From contig OX597818.1 in assembly GCA_951406725.2 (NCBI GenBank), positions 90,086,001 through 90,150,000 of the forward strand: a stretch of DNA of 64,000 nt. Reading direction: 5' to 3'. This document shows, one piece after another, positions 1-61,835 of this stretch (position 1 is its first letter; every line of letters begins with the position of its first letter). The translations under genes and the position numbers were made by a program. Under the pieces are notes generated by a model. It was given only the letters and a program-made list of their open reading frames with translations. It was not told the DNA's origin and searched no databases. This DNA comes from Octopus vulgaris (Eukaryota).

Positions 1-694
1 AGGGTGACATTAGACAGAAAAAATAAAATGAATAGTCACGGTTAGAACGCTTTTGACTTTTATTAATTCTATTAATTTGATTTTTATTAAATCAGGGCGT
101 ACCTGGAGCTAAATAGCAACAGCAAAAGAAACGACTACCTTTCTCCAATACAGGGATTTCACTCCATTCCTGTAGCAGGCCCGAACCTTACAGACTTAGC
201 CTCAGCTCTCACAGGCCCTGTCCCAACTCTCACAGATCCAATCCCAGTTCTTACAGATCCTGTCTCAACCCCTTCCCATAATGTACCCCAACCCCGTAGA
301 CCCTATCCCCAACTCTTCCAGACCTTGCCACAACAAGTTTAATCACCCGCAAATTCATAGACCGTCTTTCTTATTGTATTGTCAGTTGTGAACTGGCAGA
401 ATTGCTAACTTCTGATTTTCGTTCTGGCTTCCTGACTCCCAGTCACGCTGAGGTCAACTTTGTTTTCATCTTTTGAAACATTTTAAATAAGGTATAAACA
501 TTGGGTTGATTCTTCTCCTCTCCTCTCTTTTTCTCTCACCCCTTTCTTTCTCTCATCCCTTTCTCTTTCTCTCCCTCTCTCTCTCTCTCTCTTTCTCTCT
601 CTCTATTATGCAAGTAATTCAAACGATAGACTTTTCGTTTTGTGTCACACTGATCCGGTTCGAGATTTGCATTAAGAGTATATTTGCCTCTGAA

Positions 695-905
695 TATGCT
701 GACAGAATCGTTAGCACACCAGGCAAAATGTATAGCGGTGTTTCGTCCATCGCTACGTTCTAAGTTCAAATTCTGCCGAGGTCAACTTTGCTTTTCATCC
801 TTTCGGGGTCGATAAATTAAGTACCAGTTATTTACTGAGGCCAATGTGGTCGACTATCCCCCCCCGCCCAAATAATTCCAGCCCTTGTGCTTTAGTAGAA
901 AGGAT
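695..905 (+). mobile_element. tRNA-derived SINE, family B
   Basis: gcagaatcgttagcac...gttcaaattc...ctttcatcctttcggggtcgataaattaagtaccag matches many copies in the window; a degenerate copy lies at ~385-520. Confidence 0.85.
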
Positions 906-1028
906 TATTATTATTATTAGTGTGGTGTTGGTGGTAGCGATGGTGGCTGTGTAGTAGCATTAGTACTGGTGACAGTGGTGTGTTTTGTGTTGTGGTGGTG
1001 GTTATAATGATGAAGATATTGGGTGGTG

Positions 1029-1061
<33 letters not shown>

Positions 1062-2170
1062 ATCTTAATGGTGGTAGTGCTGGTAGTAACATCTTAATTA
1101 GGCACGTACGTTGAAGTGTCAGAAAGGCAAAGACATAAAGCAACAGCAATGATAGTAACAACTACGAACAACAGTAACAACAACTACCAACAACGACAAC
1201 AACAACAACAACAACAACAATTACTAACAATGACAATAATAGTTATGATAACAAAGAGGTTTGTTTTTGTTGTTATTGATGTTGATGGGTGGTGGTGGTG
1301 GTGATGGTGGTGTGGCGGTGATGATTTCTTTTGAATAATAAGAATAACGCAAGTAATTATGGTTCACCTATCCACATCTAACCGCAGTCTTCTCTTCCTT
1401 CTTTTCTTCTTCCTTTCATTCCCTTTTGTCTCCCTTTCAGACGTCTCTCCGTCGTCCATGTACTTTATACTGCCGCTATCATCACCACCTCCACTGCCAC
1501 CAATCAACATCACCACCATCACCATTACTACTACCATCATCACCACTATCACCTTTACCATCACCACCAATACCAACACCATTAAAATCGTCACAAACGC
1601 ACCATCACCACAACCACTGTCATCACCACCACCACCACCACCACTACTACCACCACTACCACCACTACTACCATCATCACCACTATCACCACTACCATCA
1701 CCACCACCATCATCACCATCACCAACAACAATATACCATCACCGCTCCACTATCACCCACCACCGCCGCCGCCGCCGCCACCACCACCACCACCACCACC
1801 ACCACACTATTAAAATCTTCACAAACGCACCATCACCACAACCACCGTCACCACCATCATGAAAACGCCATCAACTCACCATCACTACCGCGGCCACCGT
1901 GACCATCACGACGACGACGACCGCCACCACCACCACCATCACCACGACCACCACTACCACCACCACCGCTGCCACTACCAACACCATTGCTACTACTACG
2001 ATCACGACCACCACGACCACGACCACCACCACCGCTGCCACTACCAACACCATTGCTACCATCACCAGTACCACTATCATTATCAAAACTGCTAAAAAAC
2101 ACACCACCACTACTATCACCATCACCATCATCATCAAAACCGCCATCAACGCAAAATCACCAATACTAAC
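905..2170. repeat. Low-complexity trinucleotide region (GGT/GTA/CAA/CAC/CAT) with short internal duplications
   Basis: Direct reading; attaaaatc.tcacaaacgcaccatcaccacaacc occurs at ~1581 and ~1808. Confidence 0.9.
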
Positions 2171-2177
2171 ACCGTAC

Positions 2178-2346
2178 CATCATTGTCGTCCCTAATTTCT
2201 GTGGGACAGTTGATAGAGTGATTTTGGTGACAGCATATTGTCAACAGGTGGACAGACTTGAGAATGTACTCCGTGAAGCGGACTGTCTTTTTATTACTGT
2301 GGACTGTCTCCCAATTGGTCACTGTATCGGCTTTGTGAGTAGACAT
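2178..2346 (-). CDS. Possible first coding exon of a divergent minus-strand gene (MSTHKADT...IRDDND)
   Basis: Island of complex sequence between low-complexity tracts; ATG-initiated 56 codons ending at G|gtacgg; no recognisable domain. Confidence 0.25.
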
Positions 2347-2728
2347 TTATTGTCATTCTTGTCTTCTTGTTTATGTGTTGGAGAAAACGACAGTTGGAGA
2401 GAGGGAGAGAGAGAAAGAAATACAGAGAGAGAAAGAGAGAGAGAGATCATGGTAGAGAGAGGGAGAGAGATCAAGAAAGAGAGAGGAAGAGGGAGAGACA
2501 TCGAGAGAGAGAAGGAGAGAGAGGGGAGAGATGGAGAGAAAGAGAAAGACAGAACTTATGGTATGTAAAGGGTTAAGGACAAATGAATATGTATGTATGT
2601 ATGCATGTATGTATGTATCTATTGATCGATCGGTCTATCTGTCCGTCTGTCTATCTTTCTACCCGTCTTTCGATTGATCGATCGGATATCTATCTATCTA
2701 TCTATCTACGTATTTGCATCTCTCTCTC

Positions 2729-2780
<52 letters not shown>

Positions 2781-3157
2781 GATATGTATATATATATATA
2801 TATATGTAAACACACATATATATCTATATATATATATATATATGTGTGTGTACAGAGAGGGACGAGGAGAGAGAGAGGCAGAAAAAGACAAAGGAGTACA
2901 AGTGGAGAGTACTGAACAGTTTTGACGGGTAGGCAGAAGTACCAAACGACTAGTTGTATGGGTGGCAATGTGGGTAGCAAGAGTGAGGGGCGGAATGAGA
3001 CATTTGGATGGGTATGTGGTCAGAAGTAAGAAAGAGAGAAACGTGTTAACAGTTCGTGAGTGTAGGAGTGTAGGTGTAGGTGTGTGTATGCGTGTGTATG
3101 TGCGTTTGTGAGAATGAGATAGTGAGAGAGTAGAAGAGAAAGCGTGTGTGTGTGTGC

Positions 3158-3188
<31 letters not shown>

Positions 3189-4016
3189 TTAGAGCATTAC
3201 GGGTGGCCAGAAAGAAAATATGAAAACTGGTAGAGAAAGCAAGTGTAAGAGGAGAGAGAGAGAGAGAGAGTGTGTGTGAGAGAGAAAGAGAGAGTGGATA
3301 ACTGGGGATGTGTTGTATTTATTAGAATATAGCACTATACTAGAAATTTCACAATATGCAATTTAAGGCACGGGTCTCTAAGCACTGAGCTGTAGACTAT
3401 TTGGCCACCGGGCCGCAAAGAAAGAATACATTCTAAAGATTTGTCTTTATTTTATTGACTATCACAGTCTGCTGAGTGTTTTTGCATTGTATATATGTAT
3501 AATGAATATGTATCATATAAGTAATAATTAAATTTTGATAATTTTTTTAAGTGCCAACACACGAAACTCTAGGCCCTTGAGTCACTGAGTAGTTTCTGCT
3601 AAGTATTGATAAAAATATACATATACTCATAGTTTGAGTTTATTTTTCCCGTTTGCATCACCATACCTGTAATAATTACATTAGATTATGCACTTTATGT
3701 GTATAATCTAATTTTATCGTGTCTTGTCATGCGCTTGATCGCCCTGTTCTTGAAAACATTGTCTTGCACAAGACCCGTCCCTGGTGCAAAAAGGTCAATC
3801 CCGCCAAAGTTGACATTGTCTTTCAGTAAGAGACTGGCGCGAATTCTATTCTTTATATCTATTTTCCTTTTAAATCCTGGCTTAAATCCTGTTTCAAGTC
3901 AAAAGATAATATTTCTGCCGTTAAAATTTGGTATAAAAGTTTGGGAAAGATCTGTGTTGAATAAGAGAGACCTGTGGCTGAAGTAGTAGTAGTAGTAGTT
4001 GTAGTGCTTGCTGTTG

Positions 4017-4160
4017 TCTTCTTCTTCTTCTTCTTCTTCTTCTTCTTCTTCTTCTTCTTCTTCTTCTTCTTCTTCTTCTTCTTCTTCTTCTTCTTCTTCT
4101 TCTTCTTCTTCTTCTTCTTCTTCTTCTTCTTCTTCTTCTTCTTCTTCTTCTTCTTCTTCT
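4017..4160. repeat. (CTT)n microsatellite
   Basis: Long perfect CTT run. Confidence 0.98.
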
Positions 4161-4598
4161 TTTTGCATCAAACCATAATCGTCCAGGAATCTGATACCGA
4201 ATCAATAATGTATTTAGTTTACTGTATGCAGGCTATTCACCCGAATGAGTGTAATTTGTTGGTGATGTTCATTCATATGAGAAAATGGGTTCCTTTCCGA
4301 AAAGGTGAAGTTTGGTACTCTTTTCGAGGACCACGAAGTACAGGTTTGCACTTTCTTCCTCTTTCACGCTTTCATTTTTCGTGCAAGATAATACCGCAGC
4401 GATGACAACAATCTGCTTCGTGTGGTGTAATTCAGAAGACTGTTTTTTCTGTAAAAGTGCAACTGCTGTTTCATTTGTCAAAATGACAGGTCTATAGAAA
4501 TCTTTTAACAGCATTGTAATAGGCAAAATGTTACACTAATATTAACGGCTTCAATTTGAGAAAGATACTGGTGTGGGTGTTAGCTGATAATTTTTTAA

Positions 4599-4614
4599 AG
4601 GTCACATCAGGTCA
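4599..4614 (+). promoter_or_regulatory. Perfect nuclear-receptor DR4 motif AGGTCA-catc-AGGTCA
   Basis: Exact motif; further half-sites nearby to 4726; function untested. Confidence 0.35.
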
Positions 4615-4999
4615 AAAGCTAAAATAAAATAAAAGTTAGGCATGGTCAGTAATACTCAGGTCACTCAGCTCAAACGAGTACAAACAAAGGTAAGAACAGG
4701 TAATAAGTTCAAACCATGAAAGGTCACAAAAACTGGCAGATGCCTCCGTAAACAGATAGATTAAGTTATTTAACAACTTAGGCGAAGGATATTGCACTTG
4801 AAGGTGCGCTAGCGTAGCACCTACATATATATATGTACGAATTTATTTAACAACATAGTCTTGGCAAAAAAATATATATACACATATACATATACATTCA
4901 TGCATACATATACATGCATATATATATTTAAACATACATATAGACAATATACATATATAAGTGTATATATATAATTATATATATAATCGTATATATGTG

Positions 5000-5045
<46 letters not shown>

Positions 5046-5196
5046 CACACACACACACTCATATATATACACATACATATATATACACCGTGTATGTGCG
5101 TGTGAATGTGCGTGTATGAGAGTATGTGTGTTTAGATATGTATATTATACACATATATGTGTGTATGTGTGTGTATCTATAGCTATATATCTATCA

Positions 5197-5245
<49 letters not shown>

Positions 5246-5741
5246 CACACAGTCACAAATACATACATACAAGTACACATACATACACACACACATACAC
5301 AACACACGTATATAGGACACGTGGTGTTCCAAGATTGTCACACCTTCAAGTCGAAACCGAGAGGGAGTCATTTCCTTGACTTATCTGTCCTTAATCTCTG
5401 CCAACTTTATGTGGTGAAACCTGTGAAATAATTTGTAATCCCGAGAATGTAAATCAATTTGAAGTAAAACAAAACTAAATCAAATAAAAGATAGAAAAAC
5501 AACGTTTATCTAATTATTGTCTAATTAATATGTAAGTTGTGTGTTTGGGCATGTACAAAGTAACATTGCTAATAGTGCAATATATACCGAGGCGAAGGCA
5601 TGGCCTTGTGATAAGAAGCTTGCTTCTCAACCACATGAACCTGGTTCAGTCACACTTTGGGCAAGTATCCACTACTAATGCCTCAGGCCGACCAAATCCT
5701 TGTGAATGGATTTGATAGACGGAAACTGAAAGAAGCCTACC

Positions 5742-5798
<57 letters not shown>

Positions 5799-5873
5799 CA
5801 GGGAGACGAAGACAGGTGATGTAGAAGACAAACAGATGTATTAGTATAACGCTCGCTTGGGAATTGAAAAAGT

Positions 5874-5909
5874 CTTTAACGTTTCGAGCCTACGCTCTTC
5901 CACAGAAAG
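5874..5909 (-). ncRNA. Minimal hammerhead-like motif (variant core CTGTGGA) in a Penelope-type repeat (~5798-5965)
   Basis: rc: cttt CTGTGGA a gagc-gtag-gctc GAAA c GTT aaag; stems I and II pair. Confidence 0.55.
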
Positions 5910-5961
5910 GAACACAGAAAGAAACAAGGAGAGAAAAAATATGTGTAATGGCTACCGATCT

Positions 5962-6136
<175 letters not shown>

Positions 6137-6239
6137 ATCCAAACAAGAAAACACAAAAAACAAAAAAAAACACAACAACGCGAGGACGTGGAACAAATAA
6201 AGTATTATTGGACGCTCAGGAAAGAAGGGAAGAAGGAGG

Positions 6240-6274
6240 GTTTAACGTTTCGAGCGGAGCTCTTCGTCGGAAAC
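6240..6274 (-). ncRNA. Minimal hammerhead-like motif (core CCGACGA) in a Penelope-type repeat (~6131-6333)
   Basis: rc: gttt CCGACGA a gagc-tcc-gctc GAAA c GTT aaac. Confidence 0.65.
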
Positions 6275-6767
6275 ATAGGAGAAGGAAAGATCCCGAGAAG
6301 GGAAGACAGAGGAAAAAAATCGCCAGCGGTACTCATATATACATGTATATATACATGCATATATTTATGTCTTTGTTTCTGCGTTTGTCCTCCCCACCAT
6401 CGCTTGACAACCAATGCTTGTGTGTTTACATACCCGTAACTTCGGCAAAAGAAACCGATAGAATAAGTACTAATCTTACAAAGAATAAGTCCTAGGGGCG
6501 ATTTCTTCGACTAAAACCTTTTGAGGCGGTGCTTCAGCATGACCGCAGTCAAATAGCTGAAACAAGTAAAGGAATAAAAGAATAAAGAAACACACGCACA
6601 CTCACACACACACACTCATGCACAGGCACACACCCATATATGTGAGTGCGCGCGTGTGTGTGTGTGTATGTGTATATGTGTGTTAGTGTGTAAATAGTGG
6701 AAACACATACCAAATATAAAATTAAGCATTTTGGCCGGCGCGGTAACGACTCTGCCATCACACAATT

Positions 6768-6850
<83 letters not shown>

Positions 6851-7108
6851 ATAATAATAATAATATTAATAATAGTAAAAGTAATAACGATAATAACGAT
6901 GATGATGATTTTTTCTAATTTTGGGAAAGGGGTGAAATTCGAGGAATGGGGCCTCGTCGATTACATCAATATATTTAGTTAGAGCTATATATATTTAATA
7001 ACAATTTCCCGCAGCTTCACAATACTCAAAGTTTCGAACGTGTAGGACCCGCCACCTCGTCTCACAAAACAGACGTATCCCACGGCCACGAAGCAATCAA
7101 GTAAAGTA

Positions 7109-7163
<55 letters not shown>

Positions 7164-7273
7164 CTGAGATCCCCCTTTTAGTAGAAGGAATAGCTATATC
7201 TCTTTGACTGCTATTTCTAAATTCGTGTGTTGGTGAGGCAATTCGTTGCTAAACCCTTAATTACTTAGTATTA

Positions 7274-7354
<81 letters not shown>

Positions 7355-7650
7355 TAAGCAGCAAATGGAGAAATTTTGATCAGCAAAAATTGACTATCAT
7401 CGATTATTATTGTTTAATACGAAACCTTATCCCATCTAACAGCCGTTTCTGCTTCCAATGTCTTACAGTGTTGCCAGTGAAAATTCTGAGAATAATATTC
7501 GTCATATTTTATAACACATCCGATCTGGAATATGGATCTTCATCAGAGTGAAGAAAAATACATAAAAGGAAAGACATGAGGAAAAGCCTCGAGAAGAGGA
7601 ATGGAGGCTTGATATATTTAAATCATACCGTTTTGCAGTTAACGCTTTAG

Positions 7651-7700
<50 letters not shown>

Positions 7701-7880
7701 TAGAAATAATTAAGATTCAGTCCTGTATTATACGCACAGCTCGAAGTAAGGTGAATAAAAAGAAAATAAGTCTGTTAATAATAGCAACAGATATATAATT
7801 CTTTAATGACTAGTTCTGATGAAAATTTGCTAAAAAGTTATAATGGAGTATCTTGCATGTTGAATACGTATATGGCCTTA

Positions 7881-7967
7881 TGCACCTGAGGAAGACAGTG
7901 TATTTCGAACCGATGTAATGCTTGTATTGATCGATTAAATGGAGCCGCTTGAAACGGCCGTAATGCA
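7881..7967 (+). ncRNA. Minimal hammerhead motif with long stem II insert
   Basis: tgcac CTGAGGA ... GAAA cggcc GTA atgca; palindromic stem III ACGGCCGT. Confidence 0.6.
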
Positions 7968-8006
7968 CTAATACCTTGACATCTTTGTTACTTATTTGCG
8001 TATTAT

Positions 8007-8039
<33 letters not shown>

Positions 8040-8348
8040 CTGTTGACGAATTAAAATATAATTAAGATTCCGTTGACTTAGGTACTTAAATTAAGGCACC
8101 TTGCTATGTCGGTATAATTAAAACGATATTAATTGAATATTGAAAATGAAGATTCCGTGCAGGGATGCTTGTAACTGATATTCCTGCCGTGTGTGCTGAC
8201 AACGTAACCTAGCTAAGTGAAGATATCCACTCTTGGTAGTTCACACATGTATTCTTTATAACGGTTCTTTCTATAGTATTTCCGAAGTGCAGATATCAAG
8301 TTAGGTGAATAAAATATAAATGAATAACAAAGATGTACGGGAGTCAAT

Positions 8349-8430
8349 TCATTACGGCCGTTTCACGCGATTCCTTTCATTGATTAATGAAAGATTACAT
8401 CATTTGAAAGAAACGGTTCTCGTCAGATGA
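8349..8430 (-). ncRNA. Minimal hammerhead motif, canonical core
   Basis: rc: tcat CTGACGA ... GAAA cggcc GTA atga; perfect stem I, palindromic stem III. Confidence 0.7.
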
Positions 8431-9196
8431 CCGCATAGATTTCAAATATAAAGGATACAGCCATTTCATTAATATATTCACACCAATAATGGAACTCAAA
8501 ATATTTACATCGCCTTCACCGTTTCCTATCTGTCCCTCTCTCTCCCTCTTCCTCCTTTATTGTCTTGTTGCTCACACGTGACCATCGCCCATCTTTTTTC
8601 CATACGTGTTCATCTTTCTTTTCTTCCGGTCTGTTGTTACTTGTCTCCTCTTCTATCTTTTCTCCTGTCAAAGAATGTTACTCAGCGTTCGCCACCTTAC
8701 CTCGTCTTGCTTAGCAGCCCTCACTATTTGTTTCACTTTCCTGTCTTTGTTACCAACTTTGACCCTTCGCAAAATCCCAAATTTTATTTTGGTTTGCGGG
8801 AGCAACTGTTTCCTCGAAAGCACATATTATCGTGAATTGCTCGAAATGTGGAGTAGATAAACAGCCAGCAACTAATGAAGGGTCGTTCTTTATGTTACTT
8901 GTCTTGCATTCCATTTGTTTCTCTCGTTGTTCGCAAAAAAGTGTCTTTGTATTTCATGTTGTTTACGTTTTGTGACGTCCTGTACCCACATATGCACACA
9001 CACACACACAGACACGCATACATATTGTAGAATGTTAAGCAAAGCTGGTCCACGCTTATTGGCTACCTGATGTCATCATACAATGGAAAAGCTTCTGCTA
9101 TTGAATATATACATCCGGAATTGATTAGTATCCGTAGAGTTTATAAAGATTGATAAATGAAAGAAAATGGAATGAATGATATTCTTTATTTAAAAT

Positions 9197-9307
9197 CACT
9201 ACAATTGTTTCGACACATTTTTACATGTGTAGTACATTGGTTTGATGCTGTGTAATCTGAGTAATCATTATCATGTATCCAAGGTGTAAGATGCACCGCT
9301 TCAGGTG
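9197..9307 (-). ncRNA. Degenerate minimal hammerhead motif
   Basis: rc: cac CTGAAGC ... GAAA caatt GTA gtg; A9 mutated. Confidence 0.45.
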
Positions 9308-9574
9308 CTTGTTTAAATGAGTCCTTCGTTAGATCCTCTCCTCATTTCACTTAGTGTGAGAATGCATACCCAGAGTGGTGTGTCCCTTTCAACAGTTTAC
9401 AGAGAAAACTAAACCCTTAGACTTAGTGACAGACAAAAAACAATTATAATCAAAATACACAATTAAGAAATTAAGATAAAAAAGACAAGAAAAAGGTCGA
9501 GTTATCTATAAATTGCCATTCTATCTTAAATAAATATACACACACAAACAGAGAGGGAGACAGAAACAGAGAGA

Positions 9575-9650
<76 letters not shown>

Positions 9651-10294
9651 TGAGCTACGAAACAATAATGGGCAGCTCAGACATCGCAAAATGCGTTTCA
9701 GTAGCGTGGCTATTTATTCAATAATGCATAATAATTACATAAAATTACACAATTTGACATTATTGCATAACCGCACCGTTTCATCGGGTAATATCCGTCC
9801 TTTCTTTGGCGAGATCAGAGGAAGTTGAAGCTAGGCTGGATATCGCCTAGTAAAATAGTGCATTTCAAAGGGTTAAGAAAAAAATGATTGTGTTTCGGAG
9901 TTAATGTTATGAAAGAGAAGTGCGTTGCAATAGTTAATGAACTTTGTCGTTTATTCTAGACGTTCTGTGCATCTGCAACATGATAGATCTTGTCGAAAGT
10001 GCAGACCTTGTACGTGGATTTTTTTAGTGGTAGATTAGCAATTAATTGTCCTTGGCCGCAACTGTCCTGTCCTCATAACAGTAATGTGTTCCAAAAGAAA
10101 GCCTCACCTGATATAGTTTGACACTTTTGCGGTCGTAGGCGTTCCGGAATAAATACCACAAGTCATCTTGTTAGATATTGTAACAACGCTGCCAATCTAC
10201 CATTCTGGATTGAAACTTTGTTTATTGACTCCGGAAGGAAGAAAAGTAAAATTGACCAATATAGAATTTGAATCCAGAACACAGAGAGGCAAAA

Positions 10295-12001
10295 TACCAT
10301 ATTTTCTGGCATGCTATTCGACATTGTATATGGTGTAAGCATCCTATGTAAACATTCAAATATCGTCAATATCTTTCAAGATTCTGTGGCATTTTTGTTG
10401 GAAATTTTGGTCCTCCAAAATTGTGTTTGTGTATAAGTCCCTGTGCAGACATTTCGTTGACAGACATTTCGCCGACTGACAATTCGCCGATTGGACAATA
10501 GGCTGATTGGACAATAAGTCGACATGCGGAAGTATCGATCAAGGAGTTTATCAAAACGGAACGAGGAAGCAGAAGGCTTCTATACAAAGGGTACTCCCAT
10601 ATTATTGATAGAACCAGAAAAGAAAAGACTTATTGGAGCTGCGTAAATCGTAATCTGTGCAGTGCTAGACTGACAACGATTGACGATGACATTAGCACAA
10701 CTCCTTCTGAACACTTACATCCATCTACGCCGATTGAAAATCACGCTGTAAACGTTAAGGAAGAAATAAAGCTTCTTGCCGGACGAGCTGAACAATTGCC
10801 AAGCTCTATAGTTGAAACCGTAGCTTCCGATGTCCCCCTAAGCGTTACTGGATGTTTACCGAAAATAGAATCTCTTAAATATTAAGTGCAACGGAAAAGA
10901 CCAGTTATTAATGAGATTGAATTGTATAAAACGCCAAGAGGTGATAATTTTTTACAATATAGAAATGATGAGGTTTCTATATTTGGTACTGTGAAAAATT
11001 TAGAAATTTCATCCAAGAAAAGTGAGTGGTTTTGTGACGGACCGTTTGACTGAGCTCCTTTAGGTAAGCCGTTATACACAATCCATACACTAATTTGTGA
11101 AAGTAAAACGGTGCCTCTACTTTATTGTATAAGAAACAGTAAATTCGAAGCAAATTATGATTTGGTATTTAAATTTATTAAAGAAGAAAGGAATATAATT
11201 GTGAAATCAATTACAGTTGACTTTAAGTAGGCAGCTATAAGCAGCATTAAAAAAAAAAAAAATTCCCTCACGTTTCTGTGTTTGGTTGTTTTTTCCACTA
11301 CAGTGTTTATGGCGCAAGATATAGGCAACAGGTTTACAAACGTGATATACCGGAGGAGAAAATGCATTTACTATAATACAGCTGTAAGCGTTAGCTTTCG
11401 TGCCATCTAATGATGTTGCTACTTTGTTTGAACAATTCCTTCATTATTTAAGCGCTGAAACTGATGAAATTTTGGAGGAATTCCTGTCTTATTTTGAGTA
11501 TACTTGGGTAGGAATCATGCAACGTGATAGACGTCGACGACCACTATACGACATTTCAACAGAGTTCTCAATAATATCCCGAAAACCAACAACTCTCTAG
11601 AAGGGTGACACCACGCCTTCAGTAGAAGATTTAACGTTCATCACCTTACCTTGTCCAAATTAATCGAGAAGTGTAGGGTAGAACAGTCACACACCGAAAT
11701 GGTAATAGAACAAAGAAAAGCAATTATACGTAATATCTATTGTACGTAATATCTATTTTTTGGATAAATTGTTTTTATTTGTAAGTCTAATAAAACTTTG
11801 TCGTAATTTTTACTTTGTTTTTAAAAAATGTCAACATATTGTCCTTTCGGTAAATTGTCCAATCGGTCAATTTTCCTGTCTGTAAGGTATATGTCTGCCA
11901 ACTATCTGTCGACGAATTGTCCGTCTACAGTATAAGTCAACCTACTTCTTTCTATAAATTTTGGCCTGAAAAATTTGATTTGCTTGAAGGAAAATACGGT
12001 A
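10295..12001. mobile_element. Tc1/mariner-pogo-type MITE hosting the MULE
   Basis: Ends taccatattttc... / ...gaaaatacggta are inverted repeats with TA. Confidence 0.55.
10440..11929 (+). mobile_element. Mutator-like (MULE) transposon with FLYWCH and DDE transposase remnants, pseudogenised
   Basis: YKGYSH...KTYWSC...CSARL...HLH; WFCDGPF, ITVDF, GCFFH, YFEYTW motifs; sub-repeated TIRs (~10443-10522, ~11829-11928); flanking duplication GTATAAGTC at 10431-10439 and 11930-11938. Confidence 0.9.
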
Positions 12002-12396
12002 TATACCTCGAAGCATTATCTCAGGCAATTTAATAAACCATCTTTGCTGTCTAAGAGTAAAAATTAAGAGATATTGAAAGGAGAAGCATATATATTTACC
12101 ACGTGCTTCTAGAAAACAATTTAATAAAACAAATAAGTGAAAAAATATATCTGATCAACCTAGTTTACATAACAGTATACCTTAATTAAAACTTATTAAT
12201 TGTATTAATTAGTCCTACACCTGTACTTTCTTTGTATCTAAGCATTACTTATTGATCATTTATTTGTTAACAACGTATTTCATGCATTTTAATACCTACT
12301 TTTCATATATATTTATTCCTTACCTTTTAAATACATTTGATATTTGTACCTACATGTTTCCTGTCCATCTGGTTGCATATTTACGTTGGCGTACAG

Positions 12397-60449
<48,053 letters not shown>

Positions 60450-61762
60450 GTAAGTCACCACTGGTCAGTATTGAGTTTTATAAAGGTTCCAGCCTCAATG
60501 TCCTCCCTAAGCGAACGAAATCAGTTCGAATGATTGGTCAGTAGATCCTATTAATAAACTTATTAAACGCATACATATATAAATACCTATATTCAAACAC
60601 ATATACAGACTCACACACGTACACGCACACACATATATAATGTATGTGTATGCATATGCGTTCATGCACACACTCACAAACACATATATGCATGTGCATA
60701 TATGTACATACAGACATGCACATACACATATGTACACATGCATGCTAATTTTAATATATATATATAGGTCAAAGGATTCAATAAATTAGAGCATGAAGTA
60801 TACATTAGGAATGTATAAAAGCACAAAACAAAAGAATATATAAAAAATATAGAATAAAATTTAGGACTAAAATGGAATAATTGGAGTCAAAATGGATGAC
60901 CAAGAGACAAACAGACAGGCAGAATGTGAATAGTTATATAGTTAGATGGATAGGTAGATGGGTTGATAAATAGATGAATAGACAGATATTTAGAGACACG
61001 GGCAGATAGATGTGTTCATAGGCCGAATATAATGGTGTTTCTGAAGAGCGCTAATGTGGGTGATTATTATTGTTGAAAGCGGATCACATGACCCAGCACA
61101 TCAAAAAGTAGCTGGGTTACTATGATGTAAAGGAAGTTACCCAGGCCGAGACTATAGTCGACAAAATGATTTTCTGAATGTATACTACCAGGTGTGATAT
61201 CTCGGTTGCCCAAATGTAACCAGGTGTCTAGAAATTGAACGGAAGCCCCTGGACATAAAGAGACGAAAGAGATACAGTAAATTATTTTTTCCCAAAGCCT
61301 TAACTGCTCTGTCAGCTCGCTAAGAAATTACAAACATATGCCCGAAGCCAATAAAACTGGAATATATCTGCAATTATCTCCCTTACATTCTACACTCAAA
61401 TTATCTTAACGTTTCTCATGGACTAAATTTTCCTTCTCCACACCTTACATATTCTATCAATTATTGAAATACTTTTATCTTCATTACATCCGTTCTATTC
61501 ATCTGCATTCTTTTATTTGTATCATTCATTGAACTGTGGCAATGCTGAGACAACAACCTGAAGTGTTTAAATCGAAATAACCGACCTTAGTTCTTATTTT
61601 AAATCTGGTACTTGTTATACTCCAGTATTCATCTTGATTTTGTTTTATCCACCTCGGAAGGATGAAAAGCAAAGTCGACCTTAGCAGCAATTTAACTCAG
61701 AACGTAAAAACGGATGACCATTTCGCCTGGCGTGCTAAGAATTCTGCCAGCTCACCACCTTA

Positions 61763-61835
<73 letters not shown>

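Noticed and set aside
170-340. Degenerate ~21-bp tandem repeat (ctcacag.cc.gtcccaac) resembling a spaced array
   Set aside because: No unique spacers; an ordinary eukaryotic minisatellite, not CRISPR
892-2195. His/Pro/Thr-rich ORFs in several frames
   Set aside because: Products of CAC/CAT/GGT trinucleotide repeats, open on both strands, with no splice or domain support
3899-4405. Poly-E/poly-R/poly-F ORFs
   Set aside because: (CTT)n translation artefacts
4790-4800. TATTGCACTTG matching the 5' end of miR-92
   Set aside because: Match stops after 11 nt and no precursor hairpin is evident
9960-10013. Candidate upstream exon of the EGF gene (ttctag|...VLCICNMIDLVESADL or RSVHLQHDRSCRKCRP)
   Set aside because: The better donor (gtacgt) gives a phase incompatible with exon A and the compatible donor (gtggat) is weak; unresolved without RNA data
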